DNA of 32,000 nucleotides from Mycolicibacterium smegmatis (GCF_001457595.1 NZ_LN831039.1:300001-332000), one strand, 5' to 3'; shown: positions 9,226 through 19,258, counted from the first letter of the stretch. The notes: generated by a model from the letters alone, not told the origin. Made by a program: numbers and translations.

Positions 9226-10490
9226 TCCAGCGGGCGAGCCTGCTGGACGGCAGGATCGCCGACATCCGGGTGGGGGAGGCCATCGAAGATGTCGGTCCAT
9301 CCCTACGGGCGCGGCGTGGCGAGGCGGTGCTCGATGCCGCGCTCGGCGCCGTCATCCCCGGGCTCCACGACCACCACGTGCACGTGTATTCCGCTGCCGC
9401 CGAACAGAACTCACTGAGGGTCGGCCCCCGCGAAGCGCACGACACCGGCGAACTGCGGCGCCTGCTCGCCGGTGCCGCGCCCGGTGCGGACGGCTGGATC
9501 CGGGCAATCGGCTACCACGAGCAGGTGGCCGGCCCGCTCGACCGTGACCGACTCGACGCGCTGGCCCCGGCAGTACCGGTGCGCGTGCAACACCGCAGCG
9601 GCGTGCTGTGGGTGCTGAACTCCGCGGGTCTCGCCGCGATAAACAGGCCGGATCACCCGGACGGCATACTGCGCAGCGCGGACCCGACCTGGGCCGAGGC
9701 GCTGCCGCGCCGCGACACCGACATCGATTCGTACGCCGAGCGTCTGGCGCGCTACGGCATCACGGGTATCACCGACGCCACGCCCGATCTCTCCGAACCT
9801 CCGCGCGGTCTGCCCCAGCACCTGCACGTGCTGGCGCCGGGGAAGAAGATCCTGCACGACGACATGCTCGATCTGGACGGCCTGGTCACCTGGATCGGCG
9901 AACGCCACGCCCGGGGCGTCCCGGTCGCGGTGCACTGTGTCACCTCGGCGCAACTCGTCGTCACCATCGCGGCAATGCGGGTCACCGGAGTGCTGCCCGG
10001 TGACCGAATCGAGCATGCGGCGATGGTGCCCGAGGACTGCGTGAGGGATCTGTGCGAACTCGGCGTGACCGTGGTGACCCAGCCGAATTTCGTCACCGAG
10101 CGCGGCGACGCGTACCGCAGCGACGTCGATGCCGCCGACCACCACCAGCTGTGGCGGGTCGCAACGCTTCTGGCTGCGGGGGTACGCGTGGCGCTGTCCA
10201 CAGACGCGCCGTTCGGTGACGCCGATCCCTGGGCGGTGATGCGTGCCGCGGTGCACCGCCGGACTCCGCACGGATTCGTCCTCAACCCGGCCGAACGCAT
10301 ACCGCCGCGCACGGCGCTCGAGCTCTTCTTCGGTACGGCACAGGATCCGGCGCATCCACGGCGGGTGGACGTGGGGCAGCCGGGGGATCTGTGCGTGCTC
10401 GCGGCGCCGCCGCGGCAAGTGGTGGAGACACTCGACGCAGATCTGGTCGCTGCCACCATCATCGGCGGTTCGGTGGTGTTCAGCCGGTGA
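9219..10490 (+). CDS. Amidohydrolase family protein
   Basis: 423 aa. VIPGLHDHHVHVYS metal-binding motif, ALSTDAPFGDADPWAVMRAAVHRRTP, C-terminal VGQPGDLCVLAAPP. ATG overlaps the upstream stop. Confidence 0.85.
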   Translation: MLIQRASLLDGRIADIRVGEAIEDVGPSLRARRGEAVLDAALGAVIPGLHDHHVHVYSAAAEQNSLRVGPREAHDTGELRRLLAGAAPGADGWIRAIGYHEQVAGPLDRDRLDALAPAVPVRVQHRSGVLWVLNSAGLAAINRPDHPDGILRSADPTWAEALPRRDTDIDSYAERLARYGITGITDATPDLSEPPRGLPQHLHVLAPGKKILHDDMLDLDGLVTWIGERHARGVPVAVHCVTSAQLVVTIAAMRVTGVLPGDRIEHAAMVPEDCVRDLCELGVTVVTQPNFVTERGDAYRSDVDAADHHQLWRVATLLAAGVRVALSTDAPFGDADPWAVMRAAVHRRTPHGFVLNPAERIPPRTALELFFGTAQDPAHPRRVDVGQPGDLCVLAAPPRQVVETLDADLVAATIIGGSVVFSR

Positions 10491-11629
10491 ATGTCTGGCG
10501 GAGACGCGGCATGCCCGCGTTGCTCGGCTCAGCCGCGCTGGGGTTCACCGGCTTGGCGTTTCTGCTGCCGGTGGCTCCGATGTGGGCGGTGCACATCGGC
10601 GCCGACAACCTGGGCGCCGGGCTGGTCAACACGGTCCTGATGGCGTGCACTGTGGTCGCCCAGCTGCTGGTGGGGCGGCTCATCCGCAGGGTGGGTATGC
10701 GTGTCACGCTCGCGATCGGCCTGCTGCTGCTGGGCGGGCCCGCGCTGCTGCATCTGTTCGCCGAAACCCTGTGGGCGGTACTGGTGCTCGCGGCGTTGCG
10801 TGGTCTGGGGTTCGGCATCCTCACGGTGTCCGGGGTCGACGGCGTCGCGGGGCTGTTCGCCCAGGAACACCGCGGCCGCGCGGTCGGTGCGTACGGACTG
10901 GCAATCGCCGCACCGCAGTTCATCTTCACCCCGCTGGCGCCGTGGCTGGCCGAACAGGCCGGTTTCGGGCTGGTCTTCGCACTCGCGACCGCCCCGGTGC
11001 TCGCGATCCCGTTCGCACTCGCCTTCACCCGTCCGGTGCCGACACCGCCGCGTCGCGACGACGACGAGAAATTCGCGCTCACAGCCGGTTTGGTGAGCCC
11101 GATCGTCGCGCTCGTGGTGATCACGGCCTCGGGTGGCGCGATCCTGACGTTCGCACCGCAGTTCGGTAGTGCGGAGGCCGCATTCGCGTCGCTTCTGGCG
11201 TTGACCGGCCTGACCGCGCTCGCGCGCTGGCTCGTCGGCGGCCTGGCCGACCGATTCGGCCCGGCGCGGTTCATCCAGCCGCTGCTGTATCTGGGGGCGG
11301 TCGGGCTCGCGACCGTCGCGACCGGCATCGCGCGCGGGGCGCTGATCGGCGAGATCCTGATCGTGGTGGGCGCGGCGCTGGTCGGCATCGCCTACGGCGC
11401 GCTGCAGAACGTGACGCTGGTGCAGGCCTTCGCCGCAACGGGTGAGCACGCCCGCAGCAAGGTGAGCGTCGCGTGGAACGTCGGCTTCGACGGCGGGACG
11501 GGGATCGGTGCGCTGGCGGTCGGTGCGCTGGCCACCTCCGGTTCGTTCCCGATGGCCTTCGCGGTGCTGGCCGCTGCGTGCGCCGTCATGGGTGTGGCGT
11601 CGTACTTCGCCCACCGGCGGACGGTGTGA
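10487..11629 (+). CDS. MFS transporter
   Basis: Part of ORF 10391..11629. GTG at 10487 overlaps upstream TGA (GTGA); repeated hydrophobic segments and RLIRRVGMRVTLAIG typical of MFS. Confidence 0.85.
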   Translation: MNVWRRRGMPALLGSAALGFTGLAFLLPVAPMWAVHIGADNLGAGLVNTVLMACTVVAQLLVGRLIRRVGMRVTLAIGLLLLGGPALLHLFAETLWAVLVLAALRGLGFGILTVSGVDGVAGLFAQEHRGRAVGAYGLAIAAPQFIFTPLAPWLAEQAGFGLVFALATAPVLAIPFALAFTRPVPTPPRRDDDEKFALTAGLVSPIVALVVITASGGAILTFAPQFGSAEAAFASLLALTGLTALARWLVGGLADRFGPARFIQPLLYLGAVGLATVATGIARGALIGEILIVVGAALVGIAYGALQNVTLVQAFAATGEHARSKVSVAWNVGFDGGTGIGALAVGALATSGSFPMAFAVLAAACAVMGVASYFAHRRTV

Positions 11630-11666
11630 ACGCATACGGGGCGGCACGGGTGGGTACTCCGCACCG

Positions 11667-13124
11667 ATGGACCAAACCGAGACGCCTCTGCTCGACGCGC
11701 TGAACGAGTACCACGCGTCCAACCGGTACGGCTACTCCCCGCCCGGCCATCGACAGGGCCGCGGCGTCGACGACCGTGTGCTGCGTGTGCTGGGACGCGA
11801 ACCGTTCCTCAGTGATGTGCTGGCCAACGGCGGCTTGGACGACCGCCGCAGCAGCAACGGCTACCTGCAGAAAGCCGAGGATCTGATGGCCGAGGCGGTG
11901 GGAGCCGACACCGCGTGGTTCTCCACCTGTGGCAGTTCGCTGTCGGTCAAGGCCGCGATGATGGCCGTCGCGGGCGGCGACGGCAGCCTGCTGCTGAGTC
12001 GCGACAGCCACAAGTCTGTGGTCGCCGGCCTGATCTTCTCGGGTGTGATGCCACGCTGGATCACGCCACGGTGGGACGCCGACCGGCACCTGTCGCACCC
12101 GCCGTCGCCCGAGGAGGTCGAGGAGACCTGGCGGCGGTATCCCGACGCCGCCGGTGCGCTGATCGTGAGCCCGAGCCCGTACGGCACGTGTGCCGATCTC
12201 GCCGGCATCGCCGACGTATGCCATGCCCGGGGTAAACCGCTGATCGTCGACGAGGCCTGGGGCGCCCACCTGCCGTTCCACGAGAACCTGCCGACATGGG
12301 CCATGGACGCGGGCGCGGATGTGTGCGTGGTCAGCGTGCACAAGATGGGCGCGGGTTTCGAGCAGGGCTCGGTGTTCCACCTGCAAGGTGATCTCATCGA
12401 TCAGGACCGGTTGTCCGCGTGTGCCGACCTGCTGATGACCACGAGCCCGAATGTGCTGGTGTACAGCGCGATCGACGGCTGGCGACGGCAGATGGTCGAA
12501 CACGGCCACCGATTGTTCAGTGCGGCACTCGATCTCGCCGATGACACCCGCCGTCGCATCGAGGAGATCGACGACGTCGAGGTGCTCGACGAAGAATTAC
12601 TCGGCGCGCAGGCCTCGCACGATCTGGACCGGTTGCAGATCCTCATCGACGTGTCGGCCACCGGCACCTCGGGCTACCAGGCCGCCGACTGGCTGCGGGA
12701 GAACTGCCAGGTGGACGTCGGGATGTCCGACCATCGCCGGATCCTGGCCACCATGTCGGTGGCCGACGGATCCGATACCGCGGGGCGCCTGCTGCACGCA
12801 CTGTCGTTGTGGCGCAAGGCCGCAGATGACTTCGCGCCGCCGCCCCCGATCGATCTCCCGTCGCCGGCCGAACTCCAGTTGACAACGGAGACCTCTCCGC
12901 GGGATGCGTTCTTCGCCGAGGTCGAACAGATCCCGGTCGAGCATGCGGTGGGCCGCATCGCCGCCGAGCAGATCACACCCTATCCGCCCGGGATCCCCGC
13001 GGTGGTGCCGGGGGAGCGACTCAACGAAGCAGTGCTCGACTACCTCGTGACCGGCGTGCAGGCGGGTATGAACCTGCCGGATCCGGCCGATCCGCAGATG
13101 GGCTCCATCCGGGTCATGGCCTGA
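11667..13124 (+). CDS. Orn/Lys/Arg decarboxylase-family PLP enzyme (group III fold)
   Basis: In-frame ATG at 11667 of ORF 11508..13124. RYGYSPPGHRQGRGVD, FSTCGSSLSVKAAMMAV, RDSHKSV, VDEAWGAHLPF, VSVHKMGAGFEQGS (PLP lysine). Confidence 0.88.
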   Translation: MDQTETPLLDALNEYHASNRYGYSPPGHRQGRGVDDRVLRVLGREPFLSDVLANGGLDDRRSSNGYLQKAEDLMAEAVGADTAWFSTCGSSLSVKAAMMAVAGGDGSLLLSRDSHKSVVAGLIFSGVMPRWITPRWDADRHLSHPPSPEEVEETWRRYPDAAGALIVSPSPYGTCADLAGIADVCHARGKPLIVDEAWGAHLPFHENLPTWAMDAGADVCVVSVHKMGAGFEQGSVFHLQGDLIDQDRLSACADLLMTTSPNVLVYSAIDGWRRQMVEHGHRLFSAALDLADDTRRRIEEIDDVEVLDEELLGAQASHDLDRLQILIDVSATGTSGYQAADWLRENCQVDVGMSDHRRILATMSVADGSDTAGRLLHALSLWRKAADDFAPPPPIDLPSPAELQLTTETSPRDAFFAEVEQIPVEHAVGRIAAEQITPYPPGIPAVVPGERLNEAVLDYLVTGVQAGMNLPDPADPQMGSIRVMA

Positions 13125-13743
13125 CATCTGCTGCGACACGCAGATCGTCGACCAGGCCCGCGAACGCGGATTCGCGTTCCTCCTTGGGTCCGCGCAGCAG
13201 AGACGACGGGTGAACGGTGGCGACCAGCGCCGGATCTCCCGGTTCGTCGTCGACGTGCAGGACCTCGCCGCGATGCTGCGTGACGCGAAAGTCGTTGCCC
13301 AGCAGTGCCTTGGCGGCGGTTGCGCCGAGCAGCACCACGACATCGGGCTCCACGGAGGTCATCTCGGCGATGAGCCAGGGACGGCACGCCACCACCTCGG
13401 TACGACTGGGGGTCTTGTGGATGCGTCGTTTGCCTCCCGCTGCCCGCGTGAACTTGAAGTGCTTGACCGCGTTGGTGACGTAGAGGGCATCGCGGTCGAT
13501 GTCGGCGGCGTCCAGCGCGCGGTCCAGGAGCCGGCCCGCGGGACCCACGAAGGGCAGGCCCGCCAGGTCCTCTTTGTCACCGGGCTGCTCGCCGATCATC
13601 ATGATGCGTGCCGAGCGCCCGCCCGCGCCGAAGACCGCCTGCGTGGCGTCGCGATACAACCCGCAGCCTCGGCATTCGCCTGCCGCGGCAGCGAGTTCGG
13701 CCAGGTCCGCCGTGTGGGGGACGAACTCCTGCGCACCTGCCAT
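13114..13743 (-). CDS. udgX: Uracil-DNA glycosylase superfamily protein UdgX
   Basis: GEQPGDKEDLAGLPFVGPAGRLLDRAL, NAVKHFKFTRAAGGKRRIHKTPS, VHPSSLLRG. Starting at MAGAQ (13743), the KRRIH histidine is residue 109, as reported for M. smegmatis UdgX. Confidence 0.95.
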   Translation of the reverse strand: MAGAQEFVPHTADLAELAAAAGECRGCGLYRDATQAVFGAGGRSARIMMIGEQPGDKEDLAGLPFVGPAGRLLDRALDAADIDRDALYVTNAVKHFKFTRAAGGKRRIHKTPSRTEVVACRPWLIAEMTSVEPDVVVLLGATAAKALLGNDFRVTQHRGEVLHVDDEPGDPALVATVHPSSLLRGPKEERESAFAGLVDDLRVAADVRP

Positions 13744-13831
13744 GTCCGATGGGATACCCACTTCCCGGGTTGATTGCTGTTTCAAAACCCGCCGTACGGG
13801 TAATCACCGCCCGCAACAGCGAGAGGAAACC

Positions 13832-14848
13832 ATGAGCAGCAGCGTGAGCACCATCGATGCCAGGCCGGATCAGCCGGCCGGCAAGCAGATCCTGCATCGT
13901 CGCCGCAGCGCGGAGTCCTTCGCTCTGGCCGCAGGCTGTCGCGCGTTCGTACGCAACGCTGTTCGCGTGTGGGCCATGCAGCCGAATCTCGCGTGGCCAC
14001 TCGGCTCGATCGACCGCATGGTGGGCCTCTTGCCGCACCGGGTCGATGCCAAGATCCGGTCCGTCCAATTACCCGACTGCGCCGCGGAATTGGTGTGTGC
14101 GAACGGGGTGAGCGCAGATCGCGCGATTCTCTACCTGCACGGCGGCGCGTTCATGACGTGCGGTATCAACACGCATCGCTCACTCGTGGCGCGGCTTTCC
14201 AGAGAGGCCGACGCCGCGGTGCTCAACGTCGGATACCGCATGCTCCCCAAATACGGTCTGGCCGAGGCGATCGACGACGCCGTGGCCGGTTTGCGCTGGC
14301 TGCAGGAGCAGGGTTACACGTCGGATCAGATCGTGATCGCCGGGGACTCGGTGGGCGGCTATCTCGCGCTGGCCACCGCGTTGCAGCTGTCTTCGCGCGG
14401 CGAGGTGCCCGCGGCCGGGATCGCGGCGATCTCGCCGCTGACCGATCTGGATCCCGCGAGCAAGCTCGAACACCCCAACGCCCGCAAGTGCGCGATGTTC
14501 ACAGGCGCCGCACTCGCGGGGTTCGCGAAGTATCTGCACCGCTGTGAGCGTCGCCCCGTCAGCCGTCGGGAGGCGGCCGCGTTGGTGAACCCGGTGACGG
14601 CCGACCTGACGAAGCTACCGCCCGTGACGGTGCACGTCAGCGCCGACGAGTCGCTCTACTCCGATTCCGAACTTCTGGCCGGCAGGCTCGCGGAGGCCCA
14701 GGTGCCCTGTGAGCTGCATGTGTGGCACGGGCAGGTGCACGATTTCCCGCTGGCGGCAGACATCTTGCCCGAGGGTCGTCGGGCGCTGCGCTACGTCGGT
14801 GACTTCGTCAAGCAGACGACGGGCACCCGGCTGGCGAACGTCTCCTGA
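13832..14848 (+). CDS. Alpha/beta hydrolase / HSL-family esterase
   Basis: In-frame ATG at 13832 (RBS gagagg) of ORF 13499..14848. ILYLHGGAFMTCG and IAGDSVGGYLALA motifs. Confidence 0.88.
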   Translation: MSSSVSTIDARPDQPAGKQILHRRRSAESFALAAGCRAFVRNAVRVWAMQPNLAWPLGSIDRMVGLLPHRVDAKIRSVQLPDCAAELVCANGVSADRAILYLHGGAFMTCGINTHRSLVARLSREADAAVLNVGYRMLPKYGLAEAIDDAVAGLRWLQEQGYTSDQIVIAGDSVGGYLALATALQLSSRGEVPAAGIAAISPLTDLDPASKLEHPNARKCAMFTGAALAGFAKYLHRCERRPVSRREAAALVNPVTADLTKLPPVTVHVSADESLYSDSELLAGRLAEAQVPCELHVWHGQVHDFPLAADILPEGRRALRYVGDFVKQTTGTRLANVS

Positions 14849-15649
14849 TCAGCCGACCTGACGGTGCAGCGTCACCGAGGCCGTGCGGTTGTCGGTGCCG
14901 CTGTTCGACGCGGCCGCGATACCGCGGCCTTTCGCGGTCACCGCGAGCGCGGTGCGGTCGCCGCGGAACAGATCGCGCGAGAACTCGTACGGTGTGCCGG
15001 TCTGATCGAAGGTGACGCGCGTGATCAGCAGAAGCGCGGCCTTGGGCTTGATGCCCAGCAGGGTGGCCTCGTTGCTCGTGGCGTTGACGGCTTCGATGCG
15101 CTCGTCGGCACGGCCGGGCACCAGACCGTACTGCGATTCGAGGACCTCGTAGAGCGATCCGCCGAGCTGCTGTTCGAGCAGACCCGGAAACTTCTCGGCC
15201 GGAAACTGCGCCTGCTCAAGGGATATCGGGGACCCGTCGGCCAACCGCACACGCTGGATCTCGACGACGTACTCTCCCGGCCCGAGACGCAGCGCGGTAC
15301 GGGTGGTCTGGTCGGGCGTGGTGATGCGGGTCGACAGGATTCGGGTGCCCGCCACATATCCCTGATTGGCGAGGAACGCCGGGACGCCCACCACGTCCGA
15401 CAGGTTGCGTTCCACCTGGCCGTGGCTGATGAAGATGCCGCCGGACCGCCCGATCACGCGGTGGACCAGGCCGGCCTCCTCCAGGGCGGCCAGTACCTGA
15501 CGCAGGCTCGAGCGGCTGGTGCCGTACTTCTCGGCGAGGTCGCGTTCGCTTCCGAGCTTGGCGCCCGGTGTTCCCGCGTTGATGTCGGCGACCAGACGGC
15601 GTCGCAACTCCTCGCTCTGTACTGGCACCAGACCCCCTCGCCCGCGCAT
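14849..15649 (-). CDS. GntR-family (HutC/UTRA) transcriptional regulator of the microcompartment locus
   Basis: C-terminal part of minus ORF 14849..15805. LGSERDLAEKYGTSRSSLRQVLAALEEAGLV winged HTH, then UTRA domain (YVVEIQRVRLADGSPISLEQAQFPAEKFPG). Confidence 0.9.
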   Translation of the reverse strand: MRGRGGLVPVQSEELRRRLVADINAGTPGAKLGSERDLAEKYGTSRSSLRQVLAALEEAGLVHRVIGRSGGIFISHGQVERNLSDVVGVPAFLANQGYVAGTRILSTRITTPDQTTRTALRLGPGEYVVEIQRVRLADGSPISLEQAQFPAEKFPGLLEQQLGGSLYEVLESQYGLVPGRADERIEAVNATSNEATLLGIKPKAALLLITRVTFDQTGTPYEFSRDLFRGDRTALAVTAKGRGIAAASNSGTDNRTASVTLHRQVG

Positions 15650-15662
15650 TGGTACAGCCAAT
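15648..15662. promoter_or_regulatory. Candidate GntR operator overlapping the regulator start codon
   Basis: ATTGG-TACAG-CCAAT perfect arms. A -10-like TAGAAT lies immediately upstream on the minus strand (15666-15661). Confidence 0.55.
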
Positions 15663-15677
15663 TCTAAACCGGTCGAG

Positions 15678-16493
<816 letters not shown>

Positions 16494-17498
16494 TCAGGTC
16501 AGGCGCAGTCCGTCGGACGACAGATAGCGCTCGGCGAGTGCGCAGCTGCCCGCGGCGTAGCTGATCGCCTTGGTGGCGGATTCCCGGGAGTGGGTGTGGC
16601 TGCCCATCCAGGCCAACAGCAGGAGCCTGCGCAGGAACACGAACGACGGCAGCATGGCCTCGTCGGCAGCGGCCAGCTCGCGTCGGGAGCGATAGCCCGC
16701 CACCCAGGACTCCTGCCATTCGCCAAGCCGCGGGTCGTCTTCGATGAACGACACTGCTGTGCCGAAATCGTAGAAATACCAACCGAATCCGCAGTCGTCG
16801 AAATCGATGACGGTGATGGTGCGTTGCGGCGTCGACGAGTCGACGAGCAGGTTGGCCAGACGCAGGTCGGCGTGGATCAGCCCGTAGCGGTCAGGTCCGG
16901 AGCCGTATTCCTTCAGCTTGCGGTGCAGCAGGTCCTGTGCGCGGGTGAGCAGTGCGGTCTCGGACGCGCCGACGCCTTCGGCGTCCTGCCACCGTCCCCA
17001 GCGTGGTGTGTCGCCGAGGCAGTGTTCCCAGTCCCATGAGAACCGGCCGAAACCCGCAGGACGGGTCCACCGCTGCGAGTGTTCGTGCAGGGACGCGGTG
17101 ATGCGCCCGAGGGTCTGGAAATCGTCGAGGGTCAACGATTCCTCGTCGGGCTCGGCGCCGCCGACCATCTCGAAGTGCACCACGTGACGCGGGACCGCGT
17201 CGGAATCGGCGGGGTCGACCGTGACCACACGGCGTCCGTCGCGCGCGGGCACCACCGTGGGCACCGTGACATCGCTGTCGGTGCGCAGGGCAGCCAACCA
17301 GTCGAGTTCGGACTCGATCTCGTGCGGCTGGTGGTAGTCCTGCCGGTGAACCCTCAGGATCGACTGGTGCTCGCCGTCCTCGACCAGGTAGGTCGCGTTC
17401 TCGGACAGGTTGAGCAGTCGCAGGGACGCGTTGTCGGAGACGTCGTAATGCGTCAGTGCCTGTTGTGCGATGGTGACATCGTCGGTGATCACGCCCAT
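16494..17498 (-). CDS. APH-family small-molecule kinase; probable 1-amino-2-propanol kinase
   Basis: 334 aa. GLIHADLRLANLLVD and VIDFDDCGFGWYFYDFG kinase motifs. Substrate assigned from the published M. smegmatis RMM locus. Confidence 0.88.
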   Translation of the reverse strand: MGVITDDVTIAQQALTHYDVSDNASLRLLNLSENATYLVEDGEHQSILRVHRQDYHQPHEIESELDWLAALRTDSDVTVPTVVPARDGRRVVTVDPADSDAVPRHVVHFEMVGGAEPDEESLTLDDFQTLGRITASLHEHSQRWTRPAGFGRFSWDWEHCLGDTPRWGRWQDAEGVGASETALLTRAQDLLHRKLKEYGSGPDRYGLIHADLRLANLLVDSSTPQRTITVIDFDDCGFGWYFYDFGTAVSFIEDDPRLGEWQESWVAGYRSRRELAAADEAMLPSFVFLRRLLLLAWMGSHTHSRESATKAISYAAGSCALAERYLSSDGLRLT

Positions 17499-18154
17499 CA
17501 GTGTTCCTGCCCTTCGATCGCGCTCAGCACGGTGGTGATGTGATCGCGCGCCACCGTCACCTCATCGGTGCTGCCACCGATGTAGAGGCGTCCGGCCGCG
17601 CCGATCATCTGCACGTCGACCACGGTAAGCCCGGGAGCCACGCGCTCGGCCTCATTGGCCGCCACCGCCGCGAACAACGCCGGCGTCATCTCGTACACCA
17701 GCAGCGACTGCCCCGGCAGGATCATCGACGCCTGCCGGTTGCGGTTGAGGATGACCGCGTGCTGGTCGGTGATGTCGGTGATGATGTCGTGGAAGAGCAC
17801 GCGCGGGCGCAACTGGTCCTCGGCCCTGTTGCCCGTGCCCGCGAGGATCGCCTCGCCCGCGCGACGTACCTCGTCGAGGCTGGCCGAGTGGATCTCCAGT
17901 ACGCCGAACTGCCGCTCGACGTAGAGGATTCCGGGCTGGACGCCCGGCACCGCGCGCAGCGCCAGGTCGATCACGCGCTCGATCGCCAGTGCCGGGGACA
18001 CCTCGACGATCAGCGCGTGCTCGCCCTCGTACGGCGGATAGCCGCGGGCCCGGGTCGGGGTACCGAGGTAGGCCGCGAACTGCCGCTGCAGGTCTTCGAC
18101 CAGCAGGTAGACGCGGATCTGGGTACGGATCCTCTCGGTTTCCGGTGCGACCAT
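17498..18154 (-). CDS. Microcompartment shell protein, tandem-domain BMC-T (copy 2)
   Basis: 218 aa. Tandem BMC pattern PGILYVERQFGVLEIHS ... HDIITDITDQHAVILNRNRQASMILPGQSLLVYEMTPALFAAVAANEAE. Start ATG at 18154; stop overlaps kinase ATG. Confidence 0.92.
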   Translation of the reverse strand: MVAPETERIRTQIRVYLLVEDLQRQFAAYLGTPTRARGYPPYEGEHALIVEVSPALAIERVIDLALRAVPGVQPGILYVERQFGVLEIHSASLDEVRRAGEAILAGTGNRAEDQLRPRVLFHDIITDITDQHAVILNRNRQASMILPGQSLLVYEMTPALFAAVAANEAERVAPGLTVVDVQMIGAAGRLYIGGSTDEVTVARDHITTVLSAIEGQEH

Positions 18155-18156
18155 GG

Positions 18157-18438
18157 CTACTTGCTGGACACCGAGAAGTGCGCGCCCAGTTCGCTGTGCG
18201 GACGCGGGATGACATGCACGCTGACGAGTTCGCCGACCTGCGAGGCGGTTTCGGCGCCGGCCTCGGTCGCGGCCTTGACCGCGCCGACCTCACCCGTGAC
18301 GATCACCGCGACGAGTCCGTCGCCCACCTGCTGGCGGTCGGTGATGGTGACGTTGGCGGCCTTGACCATGGCGTCGGCAGCGGCCAGGGCGGCCACGTAA
18401 CCCTTGGTCTCGATCAATCCGATTGCGTTGCTGGACAT
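18157..18438 (-). CDS. Microcompartment shell protein BMC-H
   Basis: 93 aa. AIGLIETKGYVAALAAADAMVKAANVTI...GDGLVAVIVTGEVGAVKAATEAGAETA...VIPRPH is a canonical BMC-H sequence. Confidence 0.98.
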   Translation of the reverse strand: MSSNAIGLIETKGYVAALAAADAMVKAANVTITDRQQVGDGLVAVIVTGEVGAVKAATEAGAETASQVGELVSVHVIPRPHSELGAHFSVSSK

Positions 18439-18450
18439 GGGTTTATCTCC

Positions 18451-18714
18451 TTACTCGGCGGGGTTGCTATCTGATCTGGTGTCGATGGAGCCGATGATGA
18501 GGGCGTCGATCGGCGGTGGCGTCCCGGTGAACCAACTCGACGCCACCGAGCCCTGGGCGATCAGGACGTGTTCGCCCACGCCGCTGCCGAGGACGTCGAA
18601 GGCGATCATCCGGCTGCCGGTGCCCTCGACCTCGACCTCCAGGAACGCGCCGGCCGGGATGCCCTCGATCCGGCGCGTCGACCACACATTGCCGGTGACG
18701 GTCGCTCTCAACAC
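18451..18714 (-). CDS. Microcompartment vertex protein BMC-P (EutN/CcmL family)
   Basis: 87 aa, GTG start. MLRATVTGNVWSTRRIEGIPAG...AFDVLGSGVGEHVLIAQGSVASSWF...DALIIGSID. Confidence 0.96.
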   Translation of the reverse strand: MLRATVTGNVWSTRRIEGIPAGAFLEVEVEGTGSRMIAFDVLGSGVGEHVLIAQGSVASSWFTGTPPPIDALIIGSIDTRSDSNPAE

Positions 18715-18730
18715 GTTCGCTCCTTGATGG

Positions 18731-19258
18731 TCATCTGCGCTCCTTTTCGATCACGATTCCCAGCGTCCGGGCCTTCTCGCGGGCCAGCGGCGTGAGCACC
18801 GCGCGCGGGCCGAGCACCAGGGTGCCGCCGGCCAGGTCGGCGATGTGCCGTTCGGTGACGGCGCCGCTGTCGATCCGGTGCGTGACCTGCGCCTGTCCGT
18901 TCGCCATGGCCGCGCCCGATCCCGGAGCCAGCCGGAAGCGCAGCCGCCCGGCCTTGAGGTCGGCGCGTGTCTTGGGACTTTCGAAGAGCCGCAGAAGCTT
19001 CCGCACGAATGTGTCGAGATCCTTGTCGTCGGTCAGGCGCACGGTCTCGGTGCGGTTGCGTCCCTCGACGGCCCGTGGCCCCGTCGGTTCCAGGCCCATC
19101 TGGTCGGCGACGGTCGCACGTGGCGGGGGCGCAGGCGGGGCCGGCTTCGATGCCTGATTCGACGCCTGCGCCGACGAGGAGTTCAGGCTGCCCACGGCCT
19201 CGCGCACGACTTCCCGTACCAGGGCGCGCAATTCCTCACGCGTGATGCCCATGCTCAC
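18731..19258 (-). CDS. Uncharacterised microcompartment-associated protein with N-terminal encapsulation-peptide-like helix
   Basis: 175 aa, GTG at 19258 overlapping upstream stop (or ATG 19252). N-terminal ITREELRALVREVVREAV, Ala/Pro/Ser-rich linker, then compact domain ending VTERHIADLAGGTLVLGPRAVLTPLAREKARTLGIVIEK. Confidence 0.88.
   Translation of the reverse strand: MSMGITREELRALVREVVREAVGSLNSSSAQASNQASKPAPPAPPPRATVADQMGLEPTGPRAVEGRNRTETVRLTDDKDLDTFVRKLLRLFESPKTRADLKAGRLRFRLAPGSGAAMANGQAQVTHRIDSGAVTERHIADLAGGTLVLGPRAVLTPLAREKARTLGIVIEKERR

Noticed and set aside
7957-9300. 447-aa minus ORF antisense to CoA-transferase
   Set aside because: Composition is that of a GC shadow; no family motifs.
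13787-13801. ACCCG-CCGTA-CGGGT between udgX and the divergent esterase
   Set aside because: Five-bp GC-rich arms are weak evidence in this composition; not strong enough to call an operator.
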